NCBI GenBank assembly: GCA_963663765.2
Contig: CAXXUA010000015.1
Coordinates: 224,001 to 288,000 of the forward strand
Reading direction: 5' to 3'
Length of the DNA: 64,000 bases
Origin: Candidatus Poribacteria bacterium
Lineage (GTDB): Bacteria > Poribacteria > WGA-4E > WGA-3G
Numbering within the stretch: the first letter of the stretch is position 1; the number at the start of each line of letters is the position of its first letter. A program made the translations under genes and the position numbers. A model generated the notes under the pieces. It did no database searches. It was given only the letters and a program-made list of their open reading frames with translations, and had not been told where the DNA came from. Shown piece after piece: positions 9,067-18,165 of this stretch.

Positions 9067-10134
9067 ATGTTACAAAAACTTCTCAACAGTTTCAGTTCGC
9101 GCTATTCGGTATGGTTATCTGTTCATTTGGGATTAATTCTATTACTTGTTTTTCTCATTGGATGTAGCGATCAGAAGGAAAAACTGAATGTGTTCACTTG
9201 GGCAGGTTATGTCAATGAGGAAATCCGTACTGGATTTGAGGAAGAATTTGGAGTGACTGTCATCGTCGATACTTATGGTACCAATGAAGATTTACTCACT
9301 AAGTTGTCCGCAGGTGCAACAGGTTATGACATTATTATGCCGTCAGACTATATGGTGACAAGGATGATTGATGAGAATCTATTAGCAGAACTGAACCATA
9401 ACAATATACCCAATTTTCAAAACCTCAATCCAGTTTTCCTTGATAAGTATTTTGACCCAAAAAACAAATATTCTGTTCCATATACTTTTGGTACTGCTGG
9501 GATTGCTTATGACTCTACAGTAGTATCACCTGCCCCCGACAGTTGGTCGGTATTTTGGGATGAGCAGTATAAGAACAAATTTAGTTTGCTTGATGATCCA
9601 CGGGAAACACCAGGCGTTGCCTTGAAACTTCTCGGTTATAGCATCAATACAACTGACTTGGAACAACTTGGACAAGCAAAAGAAAAACTCTTTGAACAGA
9701 AACCGCTTGTGAAACAGTATAAGAGTGAAGCGGAAGAACTATTAATTGCTGGAGATGTTGTCATGGCACACTGCTGGAGTGGAGATGCATTCCGTGCTGC
9801 AGATCAAAAACCGGAGATAAAATATGTCATTCCAAAAGAGGGTTCAAGCCAGTTTATAGACAACGTGTGTATACCAAAAGATGCACCGCATAAAGAATTG
9901 GCAGAAAAGTTTATTGATTACCTACTTCGTCCAGAGATTAATGCTAAAATTACGACCTTTACCAAATATGGAACTTGTGTTGAAGGTGCAAAAGAACATT
10001 TGCCAGAAGAATTGCAAAAGCACGAATATATTTACCCATCTGTAGAAGTAATAAAAACACTTGAGTGGATAAAAGATCCTGGTGAGTTTTTACAACAATA
10101 TAATCGAGTCTGGGAAGAAGTAAAAGCAAGATAG
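9067..10134 (+). CDS. potD: Spermidine/putrescine ABC transporter substrate-binding lipoprotein (PotD/PotF family)
   Basis: LNVFTWAGY, GYDIIMPSDY, YSVPYTFGTAGIAY, YVIPKEG, FIDYLLRPE; lipobox LIGC. Confidence 0.9.
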   Translation: MLQKLLNSFSSRYSVWLSVHLGLILLLVFLIGCSDQKEKLNVFTWAGYVNEEIRTGFEEEFGVTVIVDTYGTNEDLLTKLSAGATGYDIIMPSDYMVTRMIDENLLAELNHNNIPNFQNLNPVFLDKYFDPKNKYSVPYTFGTAGIAYDSTVVSPAPDSWSVFWDEQYKNKFSLLDDPRETPGVALKLLGYSINTTDLEQLGQAKEKLFEQKPLVKQYKSEAEELLIAGDVVMAHCWSGDAFRAADQKPEIKYVIPKEGSSQFIDNVCIPKDAPHKELAEKFIDYLLRPEINAKITTFTKYGTCVEGAKEHLPEELQKHEYIYPSVEVIKTLEWIKDPGEFLQQYNRVWEEVKAR

Positions 10135-10142
10135 TTTTCTAA

Positions 10143-10324
10143 CAGGACTTACGCACCGAACGGTAGGCGGGGAATGCCTAAAGGCGAATGCGCGTATGGC
10201 ATTCGCCATGATTCATACCGTTGATTTGGTGCTTTGTAAGCGCGCTGGAAACCTAAAAAATGCTGAAAATAACATCATTTTCGTCGTAATTCTTGACTAA
10301 AACATGAAAACTGCGTAAGTCCTG
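10143..10324. mobile_element. MITE family A, long variant, TSD TCTAA
   Basis: Same TIRs; extra GAATGCC...GGCATTC hairpins inside; TCTAA duplicated. Confidence 0.9.
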
Positions 10325-10450
10325 TCTAATAAAAGAGTTAAACTGATGAGACTTTGGATTACACTGAATATCAATTGCGTAACCCTTTTGAAGTAATTTT
10401 GCAAATTATTTCATGATTCTTTGCGTTTTATTTCTTTGAAGCTATTTTAG

Positions 10451-10594
10451 CTAGTGTTGAGTCAACATACTATTGTAGGTCGAGATTCGGAGATCGCTCC
10501 TACAGAAGTCTTGTGTATTGTGTGTATTGTAGGAGGGAACTCCGATTCCCGACTACTTTTTAGACCCATCAATAAACACTTGACTAAACACTAG
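10451..10594. mobile_element. MITE-like element (TIR CTAGTGTT(G/T)AGTCAA) carrying two GTAG-REP hairpins
   Basis: CTAGTGTTGAGTCAA...TTGACTAAACACTAG; inside are GTAGGTCGAG...CCTAC and GTAGGAGGGAA...TTCCCGACTAC. Confidence 0.6.
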
Positions 10595-10666
10595 ATGCTT
10601 TGATAATCTACTGTATGACTTGAAAGATGAATTTCATGTGTATCTAATACTCGGTTTTATTACCAG

Positions 10667-11153
10667 GGGTGTGTATAGTTTTTGCACAAACATCCCACTC
10701 TCCATTGTAGGGCAGGTCTCTGTGCCCCGCCGCAACTGATTAAATGAGAGATTGCGGACACAGAGTCCTAATGAGTTTTGACGTTCAAGTTGTGTATTCG
10801 TAGGGGTGTGGTTTCCACACATGATCTACGCAAACTCAAAAACCAAACGGGTTGGGGAACCCAACCCCTACGAATTCAACTACCGATTTTGATTGTCAAA
10901 CGTCATTAGGTGTCAATATAAAGAAATATTGTTAATATTAACCATATTCTTCAGTCCCGTAGGGACGATATGTTTATAGAAATACATATCCCACCGTCTC
11001 TTTAGTCCTGTAGGAACGATATGTTTATCCTTCTATGTCGTTCCTACGGAACTAAAGAGAGGGGATGTGATAACGTCTTTCTATAAACATTGCGTCCCTA
11101 CGGGACTAAAGAGAACAAAAGTTTGTACCTCTGTGCAAAAACTTTACACACCC
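10667..11153. mobile_element. MITE family C (TIR GGGTGTGTA(T/A)AGTT), 9-bp TSD TAT(T/C)ACCAG, with nested REP clusters
   Basis: GGGTGTGTATAGTTTTTGCACA / TGTGCAAAAACTTTACACACCC. Inside are several GTAG hairpins and four AGTCCCGTAGGGACGA-type units. Confidence 0.8.
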
Positions 11154-11391
11154 TATCACCAGTTATCAAATGACAAAAGGCAAATTAGAGGGTATAGTTC
11201 AATACCTTCGCCATTTTTGAGTGTTTCAGTTGAATGAGTATATAGTGTTGTTCTACCATTGCTTTGTGATATTGTTAGGATTACATAAATAAAAATTACT
11301 TCAGGTTTTCGTTGAAGTATTTTTAATTATCATAGTGTCTAATTTGACAATAGAAATGACTATATCAGCAATCTGACAGAATAATTTATAT

Positions 11392-11474
11392 GCACAATCT
11401 GGAAGAATGTGCTACAACTACCCGCACAATCTGGAAGAATGTGCTACAACTACCCGCACAATCTGGAAGAATGT
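11392..11474. repeat. Tandem repeat, 32-bp unit x about 2.6, each unit a GTAG-REP-like hairpin
   Basis: Unit GCACAATCTGGAAGAATGTGCTACAACTACCC; the minus strand reads GTAGCACATTCTTCCAGATTGTGC. Confidence 0.85.
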
Positions 11475-11687
11475 CTATTATTGGCGAAGGTATTGATAGT
11501 TAATACACATTAGAAATGGAAGAATTGGATTCAGACACAAGAAAATCAAACTACAGTAAAGTAAACAGGTAGCATCATGTATCAATTGGAATTGGAAAGT
11601 AACCTTTTTCATTGAGAAAAAATAGAAAATTCAATAAAATGATTATTAAACTACAAAATATATTGTAACCATAGTGATTCATTACTT

Positions 11688-11843
11688 ATACCATTTTCAT
11701 GTGATAATGTCTCATTATCAGCGGAAATCTGGTAGGAGCGATCTCACGGTCGCGACCGGGAGGTCGCTCCTACCGAAGAGAGTAACCCCCTGCCAGTAAA
11801 CAGTAGAATTCCTTAATGAGACAAGATTTATTTGAATTGGTAT
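11688..11843. mobile_element. MITE family F (copy 1) carrying a GTAGGAGCGA REP doublet
   Basis: Nearly identical in reverse complement to 45626-45781; ends ATACCA...TGGTAT; inner IR GTCTCATTA...TAATGAGAC. Confidence 0.8.
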
Positions 11844-11885
11844 TAGATAATGTTAAGATTTGTATGGAAAGAACAAGGATTATTC

Positions 11886-13199
11886 ATGTATAAACTTCAT
11901 AATTATATCACAAGTCTGATAGTTATAATCTGTATCATAACTATCCTATCAACCGCATCAGCCCAATATCTGCTTGTTCCAATGGATCAGAAACAGACGA
12001 ACCATCTCAAGGCTTATGGACTAACATATTGGGCATTAGATGTGCCTCGCGAATACAAATGCTATTGGTGGTTGAACTACCGTGACGGTGCATTTGTCAT
12101 TCCTGACGGGGAGAATGTCCGCCTACGCGCAGCACAGATGGGTGTCACCGTTGAACAGATGAGTGCTGCAGATTATCAAACTATCAAAGAGACTACCATA
12201 GAAACCGGTAATATGGATGAGATTTTGCTGGAGAAAGCACCAAAGATTGCTGTTTATGCCCCTCCAGAGGATACACAATATCGTGATCCTTGGGATGATG
12301 CTGTCAAAATCGCACTGGAATATGCCGAGATACCTTATGACCAAATATGGGACAAAGAGGTACAACGCGGTGCATTACACACAGACGGATATGACTGGCT
12401 GCATCTACACCATGAAGATTTCACGGGACAACATGGAAAATTCCATGGGAGTTATTCCCACCAAGTCTGGTATCAACAACGCATGGCACTCTTTGAAACC
12501 GCAGCAAAGGAAGCAGGATTCAAGACTGTGGCTCAACATAAAGGACAAACTGTACAGGATATTGCAGATTATGTTGCAAAAGGTGGGTTTATCTTTGCTA
12601 TGTGTTCAGCACCCGAAACCTTGGATATATCCTTAGCAACAAAAGCCGGTAGAATTGATATAGTTGATCCTGTCTTGGATTCAACGCCACTTGATCCAAA
12701 CTATCAAAAAAAGTTGGATTTTACGCGAACATTTGCATTTGAAAACTTTATACTATACCCAAACCCAAATCGGTATGAATTCTCTGACGTTGACAATCCG
12801 AAGCCAGATCTAAGTCCACAATCCGGTGTTGAGAATTTCAAACTTTTTGAGTTCTCTGCAAAACATGATCCAATTCCTACGATGTTGACACAAAACCATG
12901 TAACCGAAGTTCGCGGATTCCTTGGACAAACAACTTCCTTCAATACTGATAAAGTTCACAAATCCGTCACGATTTTAGGAAAAATTGAAGGTACAAACTA
13001 TGTAAAATACATTCACGGTACATTAGGTAAGGGAACATTCACTTTCCTCGGTGGCCACGATCCAGAGGATTACAGACATCTCGTTGGGGAGGGTAAGATT
13101 CCAACGAACTTAGACCTACACAAACATTCACCCGGTTATCGGTTGATACTAAACAACATCTTATTCCCAGCAGCTCGCAAGAAACCGCAAAAAACATAA
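11886..13199 (+). CDS. Conserved secreted protein of the family often labelled 'asparagine synthetase B' (function unknown)
   Basis: Signal peptide; LVPMD..QTNHLKAYG, DWLHLHHEDFTGQ, FAMCSA, GGHDPEDY, SPGYRLILNNILFPAA. The canonical AsnB architecture is absent. Confidence 0.75.
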   Translation: MYKLHNYITSLIVIICIITILSTASAQYLLVPMDQKQTNHLKAYGLTYWALDVPREYKCYWWLNYRDGAFVIPDGENVRLRAAQMGVTVEQMSAADYQTIKETTIETGNMDEILLEKAPKIAVYAPPEDTQYRDPWDDAVKIALEYAEIPYDQIWDKEVQRGALHTDGYDWLHLHHEDFTGQHGKFHGSYSHQVWYQQRMALFETAAKEAGFKTVAQHKGQTVQDIADYVAKGGFIFAMCSAPETLDISLATKAGRIDIVDPVLDSTPLDPNYQKKLDFTRTFAFENFILYPNPNRYEFSDVDNPKPDLSPQSGVENFKLFEFSAKHDPIPTMLTQNHVTEVRGFLGQTTSFNTDKVHKSVTILGKIEGTNYVKYIHGTLGKGTFTFLGGHDPEDYRHLVGEGKIPTNLDLHKHSPGYRLILNNILFPAARKKPQKT

Positions 13200-13221
13200 A
13201 AATTAACCTTAAACAACAAGA

Positions 13222-13471
13222 AGGGTTATTCAGTTTTCAATTTATTAAGTAAATTCTATCACAGTCATTAATCCTTGAGTTAGTTTTTTTGGGAGTTAAT
13301 TACACACTTGCACAGGTAGGAGCGACCTCCTGGTCGCGACTGTTTTGATTCATGTCCTTTATACGGTCGTGACCAGGAGGTCGCTCCTACCAAAGAAAAG
13401 AATAGGATACTTACATGACAGCCAATATGGTAAATTGTAGAAATGTAAACTTATTTTCAAATTTTACCATA
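13222..13471. mobile_element. Composite of a MITE family E end (GGGTTATTCAGTTT) and MITE family D with a REP doublet
   Basis: 13222-13300 matches the reverse complement of 42290-42371; 13296-13471 matches the reverse complement of 21563-21740. Confidence 0.7.
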
Positions 13472-13501
13472 AATGCTATTCACTGATAAGCAAAAGCAAA
13501 A

Positions 13502-15607
13502 ATGAAAGCAACACTTGCAACATGCAACCTAAATCAGTGGGCACTTGATTTTGACGGTAACTGTGATCGTATCATAGAATCTATAGAACTTGCAAAAGCA
13601 GCTGGTGCAAAGTATCGGCTTGGTCCAGAACTGGAAATAACCGGTTATTCCTGTGAAGACCACTTCCTTGAGGAAGATACATTACAACACAGTTGGGAAT
13701 CACTTGCACGTATAATCAACGGTGGATATACGGATGGTATTTTATGCGACATCGGAATGCCAGTGATGCACAAGAGTGTCCGATACAACTGCCGAGTCTT
13801 TGTCTGTGATGGCAAAATCCTGCTCATACGTCCCAAAAAGATACTCGCTGCGGAAGGGAATTACCGAGAACCAAGATGGTTTGCAGCATGGCAGAAAGGA
13901 TGGACGACAGAACCTTTCCAAGTACCACCTCAGATTTACGAAATTACAGCAAACAGAACAGTACCGATAGGGTGCGCGGTCATCGTGACACACGATACAA
14001 TTATAGCATCCGAAACATGTGAGGAATTGTTTGCTCCACATTCACCACACATAGACCTTGCATATAACGGGGTTGAAATAATTGCAAATGGCTCGGGTTC
14101 ACATCACGAACTCCGTAAACTTGATACGCGACTATCACTTATTTGTAACGCAACTGACAAATGTGGTGGTGTCTACCTATACGCAAATCAACAGGGATGT
14201 GATGGGGGAAGACTTTACTTTGACGGTTGTGCTTCCATTGCGCAAAACGGAGAAATACTGACACAAGGTTCACAGTTTTCTATCAATGATGTAGAAATCG
14301 TAACCGCAACAGTAGACCTTACAGATGTCCGTTCCTATCGCGGTTCAAGAATGAGCGGCGCTGTACAAGCAAGCCATGCGACTAATATACCACAAATCTA
14401 CGTTGACTTTGATATCAGGGATTCCAAAGAACGTCCTGTCACTATACCAAAAGCACATCTCAACATTCACACACCAGAGGAAGAGATTGCACTCGGTCCT
14501 GCTTGTTGGTTATGGGATTACCTCAGACGATCAGAAGCAGCAGGTTATTTCGTTCCGCTATCGGGAGGTTCAGATAGTGGTGCTGTCGCAACTTTAGTTG
14601 GTTCAATGTGCCAACTCGTTGCTAAAGGTATCCTTGATGATGTGCCACATGTCATCAGAGATGCAGAAAAGTTGTTGGGTACTGAATATATCCGAAACAT
14701 AAAAACGAATTTCAATGATCCATCATTAGCTGCACAGAACATCGCCAATCAACTGCTTTACACATGCTATATGGGAACTGCAAACAGTTCGCGGGAAACA
14801 CGACAGCGCGCCAAAGAATTGGCAAGTGAAATTGGGTGTTACCACTTAAATATCAATATGGAATCACTCGTCATAGCATTGCAGAAACTCTTTACTAACA
14901 TCACGGGTAAAACACCAAAGTTCAAAACTGAAGGTGGCAGCTCTATAGAAAATCAAGCACTTCAAAACATACAAGCGCGTCTGAGAATGGTTATCAGTTA
15001 CCTATTCGCACAAACATTACCGTGGGTTCGTAAGAGACGAGGTACGCTGCTTGTACTAGGCACAGGAAACGTTGACGAAGCCCTGCGCGGTTACCTCACC
15101 AAATATGATTGCAGCAGTGCAGACATCAATCCTATTGGTAGCATCAGTAAAACGGATCTTCGCAGCTTTCTCAATTGGGCAAAAGAGCATCTTGGTTACC
15201 CAAGTCTTGGAAATATCTTAGATGCACCACCCACAGCAGAATTAGAACCTATCACTGAAACATACACGCAAACCGATGAAGATGACATGGGAATGACTTA
15301 TGAAGAACTTAGCCAATTCGGGCAGTTGCGTAAAACACATCGATGTGGTCCTGTAAGTATGTTCAAGAAACTTGTGCAGGAGTGGGAACATATACCTCCA
15401 AGCGAAGTTGCTGATAAAGTCAAATGGTTTTTTCAACACTATGCAATCAATCGGCATAAAATGACAACATTAACGCCTTCATACCATGCTGAACCCTATT
15501 CACCAGACGACAACCGGTTTGACCTGCGCCAGTTCCTATATAATACGCGATGGACTTGGCAGTTTCGCAAAATTGACAGGTTGGTAGCGGAGATGAATAA
15601 CGAGTGA
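13502..15607 (+). CDS. nadE: Glutamine-dependent NAD(+) synthetase, eukaryote-like (QNS1/NADSYN1 type)
   Basis: Nitrilase-family glutaminase domain (GPELE, RPK, ETCEELF) fused to a synthetase domain ([48 protein letters not shown]). Confidence 0.95.
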   Translation: MKATLATCNLNQWALDFDGNCDRIIESIELAKAAGAKYRLGPELEITGYSCEDHFLEEDTLQHSWESLARIINGGYTDGILCDIGMPVMHKSVRYNCRVFVCDGKILLIRPKKILAAEGNYREPRWFAAWQKGWTTEPFQVPPQIYEITANRTVPIGCAVIVTHDTIIASETCEELFAPHSPHIDLAYNGVEIIANGSGSHHELRKLDTRLSLICNATDKCGGVYLYANQQGCDGGRLYFDGCASIAQNGEILTQGSQFSINDVEIVTATVDLTDVRSYRGSRMSGAVQASHATNIPQIYVDFDIRDSKERPVTIPKAHLNIHTPEEEIALGPACWLWDYLRRSEAAGYFVPLSGGSDSGAVATLVGSMCQLVAKGILDDVPHVIRDAEKLLGTEYIRNIKTNFNDPSLAAQNIANQLLYTCYMGTANSSRETRQRAKELASEIGCYHLNINMESLVIALQKLFTNITGKTPKFKTEGGSSIENQALQNIQARLRMVISYLFAQTLPWVRKRRGTLLVLGTGNVDEALRGYLTKYDCSSADINPIGSISKTDLRSFLNWAKEHLGYPSLGNILDAPPTAELEPITETYTQTDEDDMGMTYEELSQFGQLRKTHRCGPVSMFKKLVQEWEHIPPSEVADKVKWFFQHYAINRHKMTTLTPSYHAEPYSPDDNRFDLRQFLYNTRWTWQFRKIDRLVAEMNNE

Positions 15608-17238
15608 ATGTAATGCTTTTATCACTATTCAGTAAAAATTCATTGACACTTCTTTTCCTGACAGTCATCTTTCTACTTTCATTCATGTGTTCCGTTTATG
15701 CAGTTCCGAATGTTCAACTCAACTTTGACGGTTGGGTGATGGAAGCACTCACAAGACTTGAAAATGTTGGCGTAATAGACGGCTTTCATAGGAATTCATT
15801 ACCACTATCACGTACCGATGTAGCAAGGATCGTCCAACGAACTGATGAGCGAATTAAAGCAGGTGATGTCGTTGTTTCACAGATAGACAGCCAACTCTTG
15901 AAGAAACTAAAACGCGAATTTCAGATTGAGATGCTCCAATTAAATGTTCAGATATCTAAACGGAAAACATACATTCGAATTCAACCTGAATTGCGTGGTG
16001 TGAATGAGGAAATTGCACCTGTACTTCAAAGTGGATTTCACTTTGCTCTCGGCAACAGAAGGAACAACTTGACGATATATTCCGAATTAGAATTATCTAA
16101 CTATGAACAGGGAACTGATTTCGTTGAGAGTTACTTTCTGCCTGATTCGCCACCACTACTAAAATCTGCAGACCAACGTTTTGAAAGATTGCGGGGAGAT
16201 TATATCGTAGACTTCAAGAGAAGTTATCTGCAATACCAATTGATGCCGTTCGGTGATGCAGAATTAGACATATTAGTGGGTAGAGATTTCGTCCATTGGG
16301 GAGCAAGTCCTAATAAATCTGTTGGAATTTCAGATAACTCACCATCCTTTGAACTTATACGTTTAGCAGGTACTTTTCCATGCAAAATTGGTACACTCAA
16401 ATTTACTGCGTTCTCTACCCAACTCAATTCAACGTGGTTTGACGATGGTGAAACCCGTTATCTTGCAAAACGCTATCTCAGCGCACATCGGTTAGACTAC
16501 CAATACAGCGATTGGCTTGAAATTGGTGTATCAGAATGGGTGCTTTACGGTGGAGATGTTCAATCTGTAGAATGGAACTATCTCAACCCTGTCATACCGT
16601 ATTATGCCGTTCAATACAATGCTAACAGAGATGATAACCTAATGCTCGGATTTGACGCTGCAATACGACCCTTGGACGGTGTCCGACTCTATGCAGAATG
16701 GGTCGCAGATGATTTTCAATATAACCCAAATACCGATGACCCCAATGCAGTTACTTGGCTTACAGGTCTTGAATGGTATCCGATACTGACAAAACGACAA
16801 CTTGGCATACATACGGAATATGTCCATGTCAATCGATGGGCATATACGCACCTTGATCCCGATAACCAATTCACACACTACGGAACGATGATTGGACATC
16901 CAATTAGCACGGATGCGGATTTATTTACTTTACGACTGTCTTATCAAGCTACGTCTTCAACACTGCTTGAAACACGTATAAGTCATCAACGTAATGGTGA
17001 AGCTGATATTACAGACCGCTTTTACGGTGAAGATTATGAGAACATTCCATTTCCTTCAGGAGTAGTCGAACGACTCACCGAATTTCGCATCGGATGTAAA
17101 TACAGACCTATTATTGGAATAAACGGTTCAGTTAATTATGGTTGGCGACATATTCAAAACAGCGAACATAAACAGAATATTTCAAAACAGCAACACCGTA
17201 TAGTTTTCCTGTTTGCTTATGCATGGGGTAATTCATAG
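15604..17238 (+). CDS. Capsule assembly Wzi-family outer-membrane protein
   Basis: Signal peptide; [35 protein letters not shown]; terminal aromatic residue. Overlaps the nadE stop. Confidence 0.75.
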   Translation: MNVMLLSLFSKNSLTLLFLTVIFLLSFMCSVYAVPNVQLNFDGWVMEALTRLENVGVIDGFHRNSLPLSRTDVARIVQRTDERIKAGDVVVSQIDSQLLKKLKREFQIEMLQLNVQISKRKTYIRIQPELRGVNEEIAPVLQSGFHFALGNRRNNLTIYSELELSNYEQGTDFVESYFLPDSPPLLKSADQRFERLRGDYIVDFKRSYLQYQLMPFGDAELDILVGRDFVHWGASPNKSVGISDNSPSFELIRLAGTFPCKIGTLKFTAFSTQLNSTWFDDGETRYLAKRYLSAHRLDYQYSDWLEIGVSEWVLYGGDVQSVEWNYLNPVIPYYAVQYNANRDDNLMLGFDAAIRPLDGVRLYAEWVADDFQYNPNTDDPNAVTWLTGLEWYPILTKRQLGIHTEYVHVNRWAYTHLDPDNQFTHYGTMIGHPISTDADLFTLRLSYQATSSTLLETRISHQRNGEADITDRFYGEDYENIPFPSGVVERLTEFRIGCKYRPIIGINGSVNYGWRHIQNSEHKQNISKQQHRIVFLFAYAWGNS

Positions 17239-17241
17239 TAG

Positions 17242-17943
17242 GTGACACTCATGTTGAAGATGACAAAACGCACTGTCGTGAAAATAATTATCTTCACGAT
17301 ATTCATAACTGGTTTCGTTGTTTTTATCCGTGACTGGACCGGGGTACGTCTTCTTATTGTCTCTCCAAAGATACTTAAATACCGTCCTATAATTCAAGAA
17401 CATGCTGTGAAACATCAGTTAGATTGGCGGCTTGTTACCGCACTAATCGTTCAAGAATCCGGCTTTAATGAACATGCTGTGAGTTCCGCTGGCGCAAAAG
17501 GATTGATGCAACTGATGCCTGAAACGGCAAAAGAACTGGGTGTCACTGACCCCTTTGTGTCAACTGAAAGCATCGCAGGAGCAACCCGTTATCTTCGCAG
17601 TTTATACGATCTCTATACCCAGAGTTCGCATCCAGATCGTATTCGCATCGCTTTAGCCAGTTATAATGGTGGACGCGGGCATATCAAAGATGCACAACAG
17701 GTTGCCTTACGTAAAAACCTTGTTCCCCATAAATGGAAGAGTATCAAAACCAGTTTGGGTTTACTCACAGTAAATGATAAAAAAATGCATGCTGAAATAT
17801 GGGAGTCAAGCACACCGCCACACGGCTACTTCAACGGATATCCTGAGACACGAAATTATGTTAAACGGGTGATGCAGTATTATGATAGGTTGTGCTTTTA
17901 TTCTGATATTGTAAGGGGTGTGAAATCAATTTTGAGTTCATAA
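17242..17943 (+). CDS. Lytic transglycosylase (SLT domain, MltF-like)
   Basis: ALIVQESGFN, GAKGLMQLMP, ALASYNGG, ETRNYV. Confidence 0.92.
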   Translation: MTLMLKMTKRTVVKIIIFTIFITGFVVFIRDWTGVRLLIVSPKILKYRPIIQEHAVKHQLDWRLVTALIVQESGFNEHAVSSAGAKGLMQLMPETAKELGVTDPFVSTESIAGATRYLRSLYDLYTQSSHPDRIRIALASYNGGRGHIKDAQQVALRKNLVPHKWKSIKTSLGLLTVNDKKMHAEIWESSTPPHGYFNGYPETRNYVKRVMQYYDRLCFYSDIVRGVKSILSS

Positions 17944-18045
17944 AACAATGGTTTGATAAATGAGAGGACAAGTTAACCTTTATTCTGTTTCTTCTAAGTC
18001 TTACTTTTCCAAAATTCCTAAGACAAACTTATGTGCCATTGACCA

Positions 18046-18162
18046 GGGATATTCAGTTTTCCTAATTTTTGGATTTTTCCAAAAAGAACCCCGCGGTAGG
18101 AGCGACCTCCCGGTCGCGATTTTCTCACAAAAATGTGAAAAATGGTTAAAACTGAATAACCC
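18046..18162. mobile_element. MITE family E (TIR GGG(A/T)TATTCAGTTTT) with one GTAG-REP
   Basis: GGGATATTCAGTTTT...AAAACTGAATAACCC enclosing GTAGGAGCGACCTCCCGGTCGC. Confidence 0.7.
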
Positions 18163-18165
18163 TCG

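Noticed and set aside
11392-11474. Mini-CRISPR or iteron set
   Set aside because: Head-to-tail identical 32-bp units without unique spacers, and no rep gene nearby.
11886-13199. True asparagine synthetase (asnB)
   Set aside because: No N-terminal Cys glutaminase or SGGLDS motif, and it has a signal peptide; the family name is probably a legacy label.
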